Notes: a model not told the origin generated them from the letters alone. A stretch of 64,000 nt of DNA from Fidelibacterota bacterium (GCA_016783665.1 JADHWC010000004.1:1934-65933), one strand, 5' to 3'. Positions 29,942 through 40,485 are shown, numbered from the stretch's first letter. Numbers and translations: made by a program.

Positions 29942-30021
29942 AAAAATCTTTGCATTTGTGAGGGAAATTTACACTCTAATTTTTGAATATACAACTCCTC
30001 GGATTAAAAGTAATTATATCG

Positions 30022-32217
30022 TCAGTTAGATAATCGTTTTTTAAGCAAATTGTGACAATCGGACACAAGTTCGTTGATTTGATCCACCTGGAAAGGTTTC
30101 GCTACTACCCGGTCAATACCGCAGGACGCTATACGTTCCGGGTCGAGCTGGGTACCCCATCCGGTTATCATTACAACAATAGATTTTGGATCTCTGGCTT
30201 TAATCTCTTTTGACAGGTCCCAGCCGGACATCCCGGGCATTCCGAGGTCGGTAAAAATAATATGAATATCCTTTTCATTATCCAAGATGTTCAGCGCGTT
30301 TCGACCGGAATCCGCGGTCAGCACCGTATGTCCGCCAATTTCTAAAATATCATTAAGCAGTTCTCTGGGTTCGACTTCATCGTCGACGACAAGTATTTTC
30401 GCGGTTTCCATTTCTTTCGCTTCAGGCGCCTTCTCTACTTGTGGCGCCGGAGTTGCCATTTGCACAGGAGACAAAGGAAGATTGATGGTTACAGTTGTTC
30501 CTACGCCCGGTTCACTCTGAATACTTATTTCGCCGTTATGTCTATAGATAATTCCATAGGTGACGCTCAATCCAAGCCCCGTGCCATTCACACCGCGGGT
30601 TGTGAAGAATGGATCAAAAACCCTTTTTAAAATTTCCTCATCCATTCCAGTGCCTTCATCCTGAATTGTAATTTTTACATGGTCAGAAATGATATCGCTT
30701 ATGATTGTAATATTGCCGCTCTCAGGCATGGCTTCAACGGCATTTAGAATCAGGTTGGTAAACACTTCCCGCATTTCTGAGGCGTTTGCTTTTACCTGTG
30801 GATCCTGGTTGAATTTTGTTGTGATGTTTATTTTCAAACCTTTTTCGTTGGCTTCATCTTGCCAGCGTGTACGGGTAAATTTAATAGAATCTCGTATCGT
30901 CTCATTGATATCTATCGTATCGAATTTTTGGTCTGTTCTGACCCGGGTAAATTCCTGGATCCGTTTAATGGTAGCGGCGCCATCCAGAGCGGCTTTTTCG
31001 ATAACCTCAAGACCGTGTAAAATATCGGGTGCCGTTATATCGCGCTTTAACAATTGGGCTCTTCCAAGGATAGCGCTCAGCACGTTATTAAAATTATGAG
31101 CCACACCGCCAGACATCTCACCAAGGGCGCGAATTTTTTCCGCCTGCTGAAATTTTTGCTCAATTTCCCGCCGTTCATTTTCAATCTTTTTCATCTGGAG
31201 GATCTGGGAAATATGATTGGCAAATAATTCAAGAGGCTTGACCGTTTCATCACTTGGCTTCAATCCGCTTTTTGAGTCGTCGATAGAGATCATACCAATA
31301 AGATCGCCAGAATTATCTTTCAGCGCAATAAACAGGTTGTCTTCCCGTTGCCAGCGCCCTTTTCCCGGAGAATATTCTTTTTTACCGTAATCAACGGCGC
31401 TCTGATCAAGAATATGTTTCATGGTATGAGGAATATAACAAGACTGGTTTCCAAGCTTGACCCCTTGAGAAAATAATTTAACAATATGATCTTTTGTGAT
31501 ATAGGTCTGTTTTAAGCGCTTTAAAGTATTGTCATCAACGCCTTTATGACCTATGATATCTCGATATGGCGGATCATCTTTAAACGTGTAAAGGAGTAAT
31601 CGGTTATAGTCGGATATTTCAACCACAGCGTCACTAATTTTCTGGAACTGTTCTTCGTTATTTTTGATAGTAATAATATCCGCGGATATTTGGCTGAATT
31701 GTTCCAGCTGAACCGTTAAAGACTTTATTTGTTCTTCTGACCGTTTTTGCTCGGTAATGTCTCTCTGTGTCCCCCAGGCTTGAACAAGCCTGTTATTTTC
31801 AATAATGCCGGTGAAATTATTCAGGTATATTTTAGAATTGCCGTGAGTGTCCGGTTTATGGGACTCGCCATCAACAAGACGAAAACCACTGCGGATAAAG
31901 CTTTTTAGATATTCTATGTTTCGTTCATCGGAAGAAACCAGAATATCTTCCAGGCGAGCGCCGATCAAATCCTCTTTTTTATCAAAACCGTACATTTTTG
32001 CCATTGCATCATTGCATTCCACTAAAAAGCCGGTAGCATAGATACGACGGACTATCTCATCTTCCGGAAGATTGACGGGAATTGGCTCGGCGGCTTCAAA
32101 ACACCAAATTCCCTCAGAAGTATTATCCATAAATGCCAGGTAACGACGTTCAAGTTGAAAAAACTTATCTTTCAGAGCGTTTAATTGTTTCATTGTTGTA
32201 TTTGTTTTATTGCTCAT
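30022..32217 (-). CDS. Hybrid sensor histidine kinase (PAS - GAF-like - HisKA - HATPase - REC)
   Basis: GGVAHNFNNVL, NLILNAVEAM, DEGTGM, FFTT, GTGLGLS, REC IFTDLGMP. Start MSNKT after a GAGGTGGAG RBS; track start 32283. Confidence 0.92.
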   Translation of the reverse strand: MSNKTNTTMKQLNALKDKFFQLERRYLAFMDNTSEGIWCFEAAEPIPVNLPEDEIVRRIYATGFLVECNDAMAKMYGFDKKEDLIGARLEDILVSSDERNIEYLKSFIRSGFRLVDGESHKPDTHGNSKIYLNNFTGIIENNRLVQAWGTQRDITEQKRSEEQIKSLTVQLEQFSQISADIITIKNNEEQFQKISDAVVEISDYNRLLLYTFKDDPPYRDIIGHKGVDDNTLKRLKQTYITKDHIVKLFSQGVKLGNQSCYIPHTMKHILDQSAVDYGKKEYSPGKGRWQREDNLFIALKDNSGDLIGMISIDDSKSGLKPSDETVKPLELFANHISQILQMKKIENERREIEQKFQQAEKIRALGEMSGGVAHNFNNVLSAILGRAQLLKRDITAPDILHGLEVIEKAALDGAATIKRIQEFTRVRTDQKFDTIDINETIRDSIKFTRTRWQDEANEKGLKINITTKFNQDPQVKANASEMREVFTNLILNAVEAMPESGNITIISDIISDHVKITIQDEGTGMDEEILKRVFDPFFTTRGVNGTGLGLSVTYGIIYRHNGEISIQSEPGVGTTVTINLPLSPVQMATPAPQVEKAPEAKEMETAKILVVDDEVEPRELLNDILEIGGHTVLTADSGRNALNILDNEKDIHIIFTDLGMPGMSGWDLSKEIKARDPKSIVVMITGWGTQLDPERIASCGIDRVVAKPFQVDQINELVSDCHNLLKKRLSN

Positions 32218-32230
32218 CTCCACCTCTGTT

Positions 32231-33289
32231 TCAATGAGGGATTCTAATCTGAAAGAATTTCCCTTTTTCGGTGTTTTTAACAATATCTATTGTGGCTCTG
32301 TACTTATGTAATATCCGACTGGCATAATATAGATCGACAGGCTGCTTTCCCATGCGTTTCGATTGTTTTTCCAGTGGCGGTTCTGAAAATATCGTTGCTA
32401 ATTGCTGTTTATCAATAGGAGCGCCGGTGTCGGATATATCAATATAAATAAATTGTGGATCGGCATACAAGGAAATGGAAAATGTTTTGATGTTGGTATT
32501 TAGCATTGTGTCCAGAGAGAAATTCACAACGCTCATTAAGCCTGTTGAGAAGTCGCTATATGTACCCGTAATCATCGGTATACTTGCGTTCAGATCCAAT
32601 TTTTTTTCTACGCTGTGTTTGTAAAACGGATCGGCTTGCAGGAAATCGAGTTCATAATGCAACAGGTCACTCAGATTGATGGGAACCTCGTTCTGTATGA
32701 GATCGTGACTACTTTTGAATGATAATGTTGTGATAATGGATTTGATACGCTGAGCTTGCGATTGAATAATGTCCAGACCTGTGAGCCTGGGATTTTTGGC
32801 TTTTAAGAGCTGAGCTCTGCCAATGATAACCGCAAGGGGATTATTAATGTTGTGAACAATTCCCGGGGCAAGGCGACCGAAAACTGAAAAATTCTTTTCA
32901 TTGTGCAAATCGTTTTCCAATTGTGTGATATCAATGCCTTTTCCGCTTACCGAAGTAACAGGGTGTGTAAAAAATATTATTGCCGGATCACCATTATCGG
33001 TGATGATCTTTGCAGGCGTTACTAATACCGAAACAGAAACGCCCCTGTGAGCCTGAAAATCCAGTCGTCCTTCCGTTATCTCGACAGTTAGAAGTTGAGA
33101 TAATATTTTATGATTGTTTTCATTATTTTCTATATAATTGGAAATTGAGACGCCAACTATATCTGTTTCAGGGAGAATTGCCAGGGATTTAAATGCCGGA
33201 TTGGCGTCAATTATTAATCCTTGAACATTTAAAATTAGAGTTGGCAAAGGAGATTGTAAATAGATGTTTTCGTAGATCATTTCAGCCAT
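32231..33289 (-). CDS. PAS plus histidine-kinase-like protein with degenerate ATP-binding domain
   Basis: H-box GIVHNINNPL retained. N-box reads VVNFSLDTM, G1 reads DTGAPI, and no GxGLG G2 box is present. Confidence 0.7.
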   Translation of the reverse strand: MAEMIYENIYLQSPLPTLILNVQGLIIDANPAFKSLAILPETDIVGVSISNYIENNENNHKILSQLLTVEITEGRLDFQAHRGVSVSVLVTPAKIITDNGDPAIIFFTHPVTSVSGKGIDITQLENDLHNEKNFSVFGRLAPGIVHNINNPLAVIIGRAQLLKAKNPRLTGLDIIQSQAQRIKSIITTLSFKSSHDLIQNEVPINLSDLLHYELDFLQADPFYKHSVEKKLDLNASIPMITGTYSDFSTGLMSVVNFSLDTMLNTNIKTFSISLYADPQFIYIDISDTGAPIDKQQLATIFSEPPLEKQSKRMGKQPVDLYYASRILHKYRATIDIVKNTEKGKFFQIRIPH

Positions 33290-33545
33290 TCAGCTTTTTC
33301 AAGACGACAGTGATTTCATTTATATTTTGCAGCAGTCTGAATATAGGGACACTAAAACTGCCAGAAACTTTCTTACCATTAATTCTCATTACTACTGCTT
33401 GTAATATAAAGCAATCGAAACGTATCTGAAAAGATTTATTTTTTTAGAACTGTCTAAAATTTTTAATGTTAATATTCGGTTATTTTTCGTGGAATTTTAT
33501 TTATAAATAGGTTAAACTCCTAAGTTATTTCTTCAAGAAAAACTG

Positions 33546-34895
33546 ATGAGCAAAATGAAAAATATTTACGATGTTATTTTAATTGGAGCCGGATCCGCTG
33601 GTTTGTTTGCAGCGAATCGTCTGGCAGGGAGCGGATTAAAGGTGCTGGTCATTGACAGGGGCGACGAGCCGGAGAAGCGTAAAGATATGAATTTTGGGAT
33701 CGGGGGCGCCGGCACATTTTCCGACGGCAAGCTGAATTTAAGTCACCGAATCGGTGGCGATCCGTCAAGTTTTGGAAGGAGTGCATCGGAAGTAGAAGAA
33801 TATATTGAATTGGTTGATGATATTTTTACCGAAATAGGGGTCGTGGGCGGATATACCGGGACAAATGATAAATCTTTCCAGGAATTGATGCGGAAAGCTC
33901 ATGCGGTAGGTGTTGACTTTATTTATGCCAAACAGCGCCACATCGGCACAGACCGCCTGCATGTTGTCACTAATCGCTTCTATCAACGGCTGGTTAAAAA
34001 AGGAATTTCGTTTCGTGTTAATACACGCATTCGGTCAATTGATTATAGAGACAACCTCTTCGTTTTATCTAACGAAGATGAACAGTTCCTGACACAGTCG
34101 ATTATTGCTGCTCCGGGCCGAGCCGGGGCATACTGGTTACGCGAGCAGGCTAAAAAGCTGAGTATAAAAAATATGTACGGACCAATCGATGTCGGAGTGC
34201 GCGTTGAGTTTCCGGCTGATATATACAGCGAAATTGCAAAAATCATGTATGACGCTAAATTTCGGTTATATACAAAGTCCTACGACGACCTTGTGCGAAC
34301 ATTCTGTACCAATCCCAATGGATATATTGTTAAGGAAGAGTTTGATGATTTCGTTCTCGTAAACGGACACGCCAAATGGAATTCTAAAACGAACAACACG
34401 AATTTTGCGCTGCTATCCAGAGTCACTCTGACTGACCCGGTGGAAGACACAACGAAATATGGACGGGATATTGCCCGCCTGGCAACGACTATCGGCGGAG
34501 GAAAACCGATTCTTCAGCGCTTGACGGATTTTGTTTCCGGACGCCGTTCAACCTGGGATCGAATTGCCAAATCGGCTGTTACTCCGACATTGACCGATGT
34601 TACGCCCGGTGATATTGCCATGGCATTTCCTCAGCGTATTGTCACCAATCTGATGGAAGGATTGAGCGTATTAAACCAGATCATCTCAGGGCTTCAATCG
34701 AACAGTACGTTGCTATATGCCCCCGAGATAAAATTTTATGACACAAAATATACTGTGACGCCCAACCTCGAGACGAATGTTAAAAATTTCTTTGTGGCGG
34801 GTGATGCAAGCGGACACAGCCGTGGTATTATTTATTCGGCGGTGACCGGTATTTTTGCGGCAGAAGGGGTTTTAAAGAATCTTGGTAAATGTTAA
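33546..34895 (+). CDS. FAD-dependent oxidoreductase (uncharacterised family)
   Basis: IGAGSAG, GIGGAGTFSDGKL, RHIGTD, VRTFCTNPNG, LYAPEIKFY, FVAGDASGHSRGI. Confidence 0.85.
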   Translation: MSKMKNIYDVILIGAGSAGLFAANRLAGSGLKVLVIDRGDEPEKRKDMNFGIGGAGTFSDGKLNLSHRIGGDPSSFGRSASEVEEYIELVDDIFTEIGVVGGYTGTNDKSFQELMRKAHAVGVDFIYAKQRHIGTDRLHVVTNRFYQRLVKKGISFRVNTRIRSIDYRDNLFVLSNEDEQFLTQSIIAAPGRAGAYWLREQAKKLSIKNMYGPIDVGVRVEFPADIYSEIAKIMYDAKFRLYTKSYDDLVRTFCTNPNGYIVKEEFDDFVLVNGHAKWNSKTNNTNFALLSRVTLTDPVEDTTKYGRDIARLATTIGGGKPILQRLTDFVSGRRSTWDRIAKSAVTPTLTDVTPGDIAMAFPQRIVTNLMEGLSVLNQIISGLQSNSTLLYAPEIKFYDTKYTVTPNLETNVKNFFVAGDASGHSRGIIYSAVTGIFAAEGVLKNLGKC

Positions 34896-36043
34896 CTGAG
34901 GAAAAGATGGCTGAGTTATTGACAGAGCAAAAATCGAAGCGGTTGGTTTCACTGGATGTGTTTCGCGGGGCAACCATTGCTTTTATGATTACAGTAAACA
35001 ATCCCGGCAGCTGGAGTCATATTTACGCTCCGCTCGGTCATGCAAAATGGTTTGGATGTACTCCCACGGATCTGGTTTTCCCATTCTTCCTTTTTATTGT
35101 CGGTGTTGCCATGTGGTTTGCCTTTGCCAAGTTTGATCACAAACTCACCCCGGAAGCGGGCAAAAAGATTCTGAAGCGTACGCTTCTGATTTTTCTTATC
35201 GGTCTTGTTTTGAATATGCTCCGACCTGCGGATAGTTTTGTGGAAATTTTTACAAAGTGGAGAATTCTTGGTGTTCTTCAGCGGATTGCATTATGCTACG
35301 GAATCGCCTCAGTGCTTGTTCTTACACTGGAAAAAAAGAAAGTCGCCTGGATTTCCGGTATTATGTTGGTTTTTTACTGGCTTCTACTGGCGGCAAGCGG
35401 CGGTTTTGAAATTGAAAACACCCTGGCTCGTCGTTTTGATCTGTGGATAATGGGAGCAAATCACGTGTACCACGGGTACGGCATGCCTTTTGACCCGGAA
35501 GGGCTTCTCAGTACGATTCCGGCAATCGTTACTGTTATTCTCGGCTATTTTACAGGCAGTATGATCAGATCCGAACCGGACCAGAAAAAAGTTGTAAAGA
35601 AACTGATTGGAAGAGGTATCGTGTTTGCATTGGGCGGTTTGTTATGGGGTCTGTTCTTTCCCATTGGCAAGCCCATCTGGACAAGTTCTTACGTTCTGTA
35701 TTCCGGTGGTCTGGCAATGCTCTGTCTGGGTATCGCTATTCTGTTTATTGACGTATTTGGCTACAAAAAATGGGCGAAACCATTTGTTGTATTTGGCGCC
35801 AACCCCCTGTTCATTTTCGTGCTTTCCGGGCTGGTTGCAAAAACAATGGTGTACCTGGCGCGCTGGCATGATGCAACCGGCAAGCTGATTACTCTAAAAG
35901 CCTGGCTATACACGAGTATTTTTGTTCCTCTCACCGGAGGCAGTCAGATTAACGGCTCGCTGCTATTTGCGCTTACATTGATCGCCATGTACTGGTTGAT
36001 TGCAGATATTTTATATAAGAAGAGAATTTTTATTAAAATATAA
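34889..36043 (+). CDS. Heparan-alpha-glucosaminide N-acetyltransferase-like membrane protein
   Basis: RLVSLDVFRG, VNNPGSW, HAKWFGCTPTDLVFPFFLF, GVLQRIALCY, DPEGLLSTIP, PIGKPIWTSSYVL. Confidence 0.85.
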   Translation: MLTEEKMAELLTEQKSKRLVSLDVFRGATIAFMITVNNPGSWSHIYAPLGHAKWFGCTPTDLVFPFFLFIVGVAMWFAFAKFDHKLTPEAGKKILKRTLLIFLIGLVLNMLRPADSFVEIFTKWRILGVLQRIALCYGIASVLVLTLEKKKVAWISGIMLVFYWLLLAASGGFEIENTLARRFDLWIMGANHVYHGYGMPFDPEGLLSTIPAIVTVILGYFTGSMIRSEPDQKKVVKKLIGRGIVFALGGLLWGLFFPIGKPIWTSSYVLYSGGLAMLCLGIAILFIDVFGYKKWAKPFVVFGANPLFIFVLSGLVAKTMVYLARWHDATGKLITLKAWLYTSIFVPLTGGSQINGSLLFALTLIAMYWLIADILYKKRIFIKI

Positions 36044-36527
36044 TTTAAAGAATAGAGGAAAAGATATTAGAAGTAAAAAATGTTCTCCGGGCACTGAATC
36101 TATTCAGAAAATTATCCTGTCATCACAAACACGCGATGAAAAGCTGTTGAATATTTGTCAATTATTAAAGGATGCGGTGCTCTACTACGACTGGGTAGGG
36201 TTTTACATGGCTGAACAAAGTAAACAGGAATTGGTTCTCGGTCCTTATGTTGGAGCGCCAACCGAGCATACCCGTATTCCGTATGGAAAAGGGATTTGCG
36301 GTCAGGCAGCTGATAAACGGGACACTATTATCGTTCAGGATATATCCGGTCAAACGAACTATTTGTCATGCAGCATTGACGTGCGCTCGGAAATTGTGGT
36401 TCCGGTATTTAAAGATGGTCGATTTGTCGCTGAATTGGATATAGATTCGCATGAACTCAATCAATTTAGCGAGAAGGATAAAAAATATCTGGAGCTGGTT
36501 TGCCAGCGTGTTTCCGTGCTTTTTTGA
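36000..36527 (+). CDS. GAF-domain protein, free methionine-R-sulfoxide reductase (MsrC/YebR) like; start uncertain
   Basis: YYDWVGFY, LVLGPYVG, RIPYGKGICGQAA, YLSCS, SEIVVP, ELDIDS. The natural-looking ATG at 36080 is out of frame. Confidence 0.75.
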   Translation: MQIFYIRREFLLKYNLKNRGKDIRSKKCSPGTESIQKIILSSQTRDEKLLNICQLLKDAVLYYDWVGFYMAEQSKQELVLGPYVGAPTEHTRIPYGKGICGQAADKRDTIIVQDISGQTNYLSCSIDVRSEIVVPVFKDGRFVAELDIDSHELNQFSEKDKKYLELVCQRVSVLF

Positions 36528-36660
36528 AATCCATTAATTCTTGAAACAATTTGATTTAATAGGTGTTATACTGATAGAATTTTTGCAAATTTAGATACGT
36601 TTTAAATGTTAAGCCGATATACTCAATGAAGATTCGAAAAATGAGCAAAGGAATGTAACC

Positions 36661-38268
36661 GTGAAGATGAGATTTCGTTGGATAACTGTTCCGGGAACGG
36701 TAATACTTCTGATAATAGTATTGTTAACTATTTCACCGTTTGGAAGAAAGATATCTGCGTCTGGCAGTGATCTGTTTCTGAAAATAAAGGTGTTGAATGA
36801 TATTATCAGCATTATCAATGATTATTATGTTGAAGTCCCGGATTGGGATGAAGTTATGGAGGGAGCTTACAGCGGTCTTCTGGAAAATCTCGATCCGCAC
36901 TCATTTTACATTGAGAAAAAACAGCTGTCAAATATCAATGAGGAATTTACCGGAAAATTTGAAGGTATCGGAATTGAGTTTGACGTATTGGATGGATACA
37001 TCACAGTCATTTCACCAGTGGCAGGAGCGCCGGCGGAAAAAGCCGGTTTGATGGTTGGCGACAAGATTGTAAAGATTGAAGGTGAATCATCCTATAAAAT
37101 TAAACGTGAAAATGTCTCTAAAAAATTACGTGGTCCGAAAGGATCATCTGTCACGGTTACAATTCGCCGGCAGGGCGCCGAAGATTTTGATGTGACAATT
37201 ATCAGGGACGAGATTCCATTGTACAGCGTCTCAGCTGCGTTTCTAATGGATGATAGCGCGGGATATATTTTTGTAAACCGATTCAGTGGAACAACGGCAG
37301 AAGAAATACGCGATGCAATGAAACGGCTCAGCGATGAAGGGATGAAACAACTTGTTCTTGATCTGCGGGGTAATAGTGGTGGTCTGATGGACCAGGCGGT
37401 TGAGATTGCCGATATGTTTATTGACGGAAGACAGATGATTGTTTATACAAAAGGCAGAATCCGGGGCGCCAATGAGGAGTTTTATTCCGGTCGATTCAAT
37501 GGTTTTGGTAAACTTCCCCTTGTAATTTTGATCAACCGAGGCTCTGCCAGCGCCAGCGAAATTGTTGCCGGTGCGGTTCAGGATCATGATCGCGGACTGG
37601 TTGTTGGTGAAACAAGCTTTGGCAAGGGTTTGGTTCAACGGCAATATCCTTTGAGAGACGGTTCCGCTATTCGTATGACAGTTGCCCGCTATTATACTCC
37701 CAGTGGCAGGTTGATTCAGAGACCATACGATGGTACAATGGCAGATTACTTCGAAGGATTTGTAGAAGAAAACAGGGATTCATTACTAGCAGCAGAAGAC
37801 TCCGCTAAGGTTCGTCCTCAATATCAGACTAAAAAAGGACGAGTTGTTTACGGCGGCGGCGGAATATCACCGGATTATTATGTCAAATTCGAGAGAGATC
37901 TATCCAGGGATACATACAAGCTGTTGCGCCATCCGTCACTAGTGCTGTTTGATTATACAAGTCGTACATCTGAAAAATATGAACGGTACAGAAACAGGAA
38001 AGAGAAATTTTTCGAAAAGGTGGAAATTAGCGACGGTGACTTTGAATCTTTCCTTGAAGCAATTCAGGATAAAGAAATTGACGTAAGCATCGAAAAGTTG
38101 AAAAAAGATTCGGATTATCTTAAGCTGTTAATGAAAGCAGAACTTGCCCGGGAATTCTGGGGATATGACGAATACTACAAAGTTATACGTCAATATGACA
38201 ACCAGGTGCAGGCGGCCATGCAATACCTTCGTGAGGCAAGCACAATGATTGGAGTTGCAAATAAATAA
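36661..38268 (+). CDS. S41 family C-terminal processing peptidase with PDZ domain
   Basis: LDPHSFY, FEGIGIEF, GAPAEKAGL, LDLRGNSGG, SASASEIVAGAVQD, TSFGKGLVQ, YYTPSGR. Confidence 0.93.
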   Translation: MKMRFRWITVPGTVILLIIVLLTISPFGRKISASGSDLFLKIKVLNDIISIINDYYVEVPDWDEVMEGAYSGLLENLDPHSFYIEKKQLSNINEEFTGKFEGIGIEFDVLDGYITVISPVAGAPAEKAGLMVGDKIVKIEGESSYKIKRENVSKKLRGPKGSSVTVTIRRQGAEDFDVTIIRDEIPLYSVSAAFLMDDSAGYIFVNRFSGTTAEEIRDAMKRLSDEGMKQLVLDLRGNSGGLMDQAVEIADMFIDGRQMIVYTKGRIRGANEEFYSGRFNGFGKLPLVILINRGSASASEIVAGAVQDHDRGLVVGETSFGKGLVQRQYPLRDGSAIRMTVARYYTPSGRLIQRPYDGTMADYFEGFVEENRDSLLAAEDSAKVRPQYQTKKGRVVYGGGGISPDYYVKFERDLSRDTYKLLRHPSLVLFDYTSRTSEKYERYRNRKEKFFEKVEISDGDFESFLEAIQDKEIDVSIEKLKKDSDYLKLLMKAELAREFWGYDEYYKVIRQYDNQVQAAMQYLREASTMIGVANK

Positions 38269-38293
38269 AACATCTCTCCCGTCGATAATAATG

Positions 38294-38322
38294 TTGACTT
38301 TTTTAAAATATTGGCTTAAAAT
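38294..38322 (+). promoter_or_regulatory. Sigma70-type promoter of the exbB-exbD-exbD-tonB operon
   Basis: TTGACT (38294-38299), 17 bp, TAAAAT (38317-38322). Confidence 0.65.
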
Positions 38323-38372
38323 TATCAGCAATTTAACAAATTTGAGAATAACAGAATGGAGGATAATATCTA

Positions 38373-38993
38373 ATGTTAATTGAGCTTTTCAACCAAGGTG
38401 GACCTTTTATGTGGCCGATTCTGATCCTGTTTGTTTTTGGACTAATGATTTGTTTGGAAAGGGTATACACATTAGCAAAAGCATCTCTGGCTACGAGTCG
38501 CTTTATCCCGAAATTAAACAAAGCGTTGAAAGAAGATGGCGTGGATGCCGCAATGAATGTATGTAAAGAAACACCCGGCCCGATTCCGGAAATTTTTCAT
38601 GCAGGATTATCTCGTGTTGAGCAGGGTATTGAAGTAGTGGAAAAATCGATCGAAAATGCCGGTTCCGTCGAAATGGCATTCCTTGAAAAAGGTATGATCT
38701 GGCTGGCAACCGTTATCACCGTAGCGCCGATGCTTGGATTTGCCGGTACTGTTTCCGGTATGGTTAAAGCGTTTCAGGATATCGCCGCAGCCAACAATAT
38801 TTCTCCGGCTGTCGTCGCATCCGGTATTTCCGAAGCGCTCCTGACCACCTTGTTTGGTCTGATTGTCGGTATTACTATTCAGATTCTCTACAACCTTTTT
38901 ACTGCCCGCGTTGACGGTATTATTGTAGATATGGAAGAGAGTTCCATCAACTTAATAGACACGATCGCAAGTGAAGAATATAAGAAAAAATAA
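38373..38993 (+). CDS. exbB: MotA/TolQ/ExbB proton-channel protein
   Basis: GGPFMWPI, APMLGFAGTVSGMVKAF, GISEALLTTLFGL. Confidence 0.9.
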   Translation: MLIELFNQGGPFMWPILILFVFGLMICLERVYTLAKASLATSRFIPKLNKALKEDGVDAAMNVCKETPGPIPEIFHAGLSRVEQGIEVVEKSIENAGSVEMAFLEKGMIWLATVITVAPMLGFAGTVSGMVKAFQDIAAANNISPAVVASGISEALLTTLFGLIVGITIQILYNLFTARVDGIIVDMEESSINLIDTIASEEYKKK

Positions 38994-39002
38994 GAGCTAC
39001 AG

Positions 39003-39398
39003 ATGAGCTTACTAAAGAAAAAAGGCATACGTGATGCTGAAATGCCGTCGGGTTCGATGGCGGATATAGCCTTTTTGATCCTTATCTTCTTTATGGTTGC
39101 TACAACCATCGACTTGGATAAAGGTATCGGTATCGTTCTTCCCGCCGAAGGCGGAGAGATCGAAATGTCCAGTAAAAATATTACCAATATCCTGATCGAC
39201 GCACGGGGAACGGTCTTGATGGACGATAAAGAAGTGGACATCAAAGAGATTAAAGGTATGGTTGAAACCATTCAGCTCCAAAACCCCAAAATGGTTTTTT
39301 CAGTTAAATCACATCCTCGCACAAAATATAAAGTCTATATTGAGGTTCTGGATCAGTTAAAACAGGCGAACACCCGTGTGATATCTATTGCAGAATAA
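39003..39398 (+). CDS. exbD: ExbD/TolR family protein
   Basis: SMADIAFLILIFFMV transmembrane segment with the conserved Asp. Confidence 0.9.
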   Translation: MSLLKKKGIRDAEMPSGSMADIAFLILIFFMVATTIDLDKGIGIVLPAEGGEIEMSSKNITNILIDARGTVLMDDKEVDIKEIKGMVETIQLQNPKMVFSVKSHPRTKYKVYIEVLDQLKQANTRVISIAE

Positions 39399-39408
39399 GG
39401 AGTAAAGG

Positions 39409-39813
39409 ATGGAATTCAAGAAAAAAACCAAAATGAAAATTTCGATTCCTACGACTGCGATGCCAGATATCATTTTCATGCTGATCTTTTTCTTCATGGT
39501 TTCTTCAGTACTTAGAACGCATGAAGGTTTGAATATTATCATGCCCAAGGCAAAACAGATCGAGAAGCTGGAATCGAGAGTTCACGTGACCTATATATGG
39601 GTTTCCAAAGAGGGGTTGGTCTCAATTGACGACAAACTATATCAGGTGCAAAGTATCCGGAATATCATGTATGAAAAAAGAACCGCCGATCCTCAGCTAA
39701 TTGTATCGATCCGGTCCGATGAACTGGTGCATATGGATTTGATAAGTAAAATCCATAAGGAACTGCGACTGGCGGACGCATTGGCTGTGAATTATTCTAC
39801 AAGAGCAATTTAA
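39409..39813 (+). CDS. exbD: Second ExbD/TolR family protein
   Basis: AMPDIIFMLIFFFMVSS. Confidence 0.9.
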   Translation: MEFKKKTKMKISIPTTAMPDIIFMLIFFFMVSSVLRTHEGLNIIMPKAKQIEKLESRVHVTYIWVSKEGLVSIDDKLYQVQSIRNIMYEKRTADPQLIVSIRSDELVHMDLISKIHKELRLADALAVNYSTRAI

Positions 39814-39822
39814 GGAATAAAA

Positions 39823-40485
39823 ATGATTCTAAGACAAAACCCTGAAGTAAGTCTTAAATTAAAATATCCGCTGGTACTAAGAGTAAGTCTGGTTTTTACG
39901 TTGATAGCGATGATTGTTATGTTTTCTTCCGTACCCAGATCGGGAGGCGGGGATCGAACTCAAACGGAGATCCGAATAGAAATTGAAACAATTGATATTC
40001 CGGTAATTGAACAAAAGATCGAAGCGGCAAAACCACCGTCAAGACCGTCTATTCCCATTGAAGTGGAGGACGATGATCTGCTGGATGATGTTACGATTGA
40101 AATGAGTACCGATATATCCAGCTACGAAGCATGGGACGCGCCGCCGCCACCGCCGGAGGGAGATGATGGACCGCGTGTGAGGTTTATTCCTTATGATGAA
40201 GCCCCGAAGCCCATAGGCGGATTCGCCGCTATTCAGAGAAATGTTGTCTATCCTGAGATTGCCCAGGAAGCTGGAATCGAAGGCACTGTAGTCATACAGG
40301 CATTCGTAAATGAATTTGGTATAGTGACAGATTGTTTGATTCTAAAAGGCGTTCCGAATACCGGTCTGGACGAAGCCGCTGTTGATGCAATTAAAAAGAC
40401 CAGGTTCAAACCGGCAAAGCAGCGCGACAGAAACGTCGGCGTATATATTTCTATCCCTGTTATTTTCAAGCTGCAATCGAATTAA
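39823..40485 (+). CDS. tonB: Energy transducer TonB
   Basis: Single N-terminal TM, Pro-rich PPPPPE, VVYPEIAQEAGIEGTV, FKPAKQR...PVIFKL. Confidence 0.9.
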   Translation: MILRQNPEVSLKLKYPLVLRVSLVFTLIAMIVMFSSVPRSGGGDRTQTEIRIEIETIDIPVIEQKIEAAKPPSRPSIPIEVEDDDLLDDVTIEMSTDISSYEAWDAPPPPPEGDDGPRVRFIPYDEAPKPIGGFAAIQRNVVYPEIAQEAGIEGTVVIQAFVNEFGIVTDCLILKGVPNTGLDEAAVDAIKKTRFKPAKQRDRNVGVYISIPVIFKLQSN

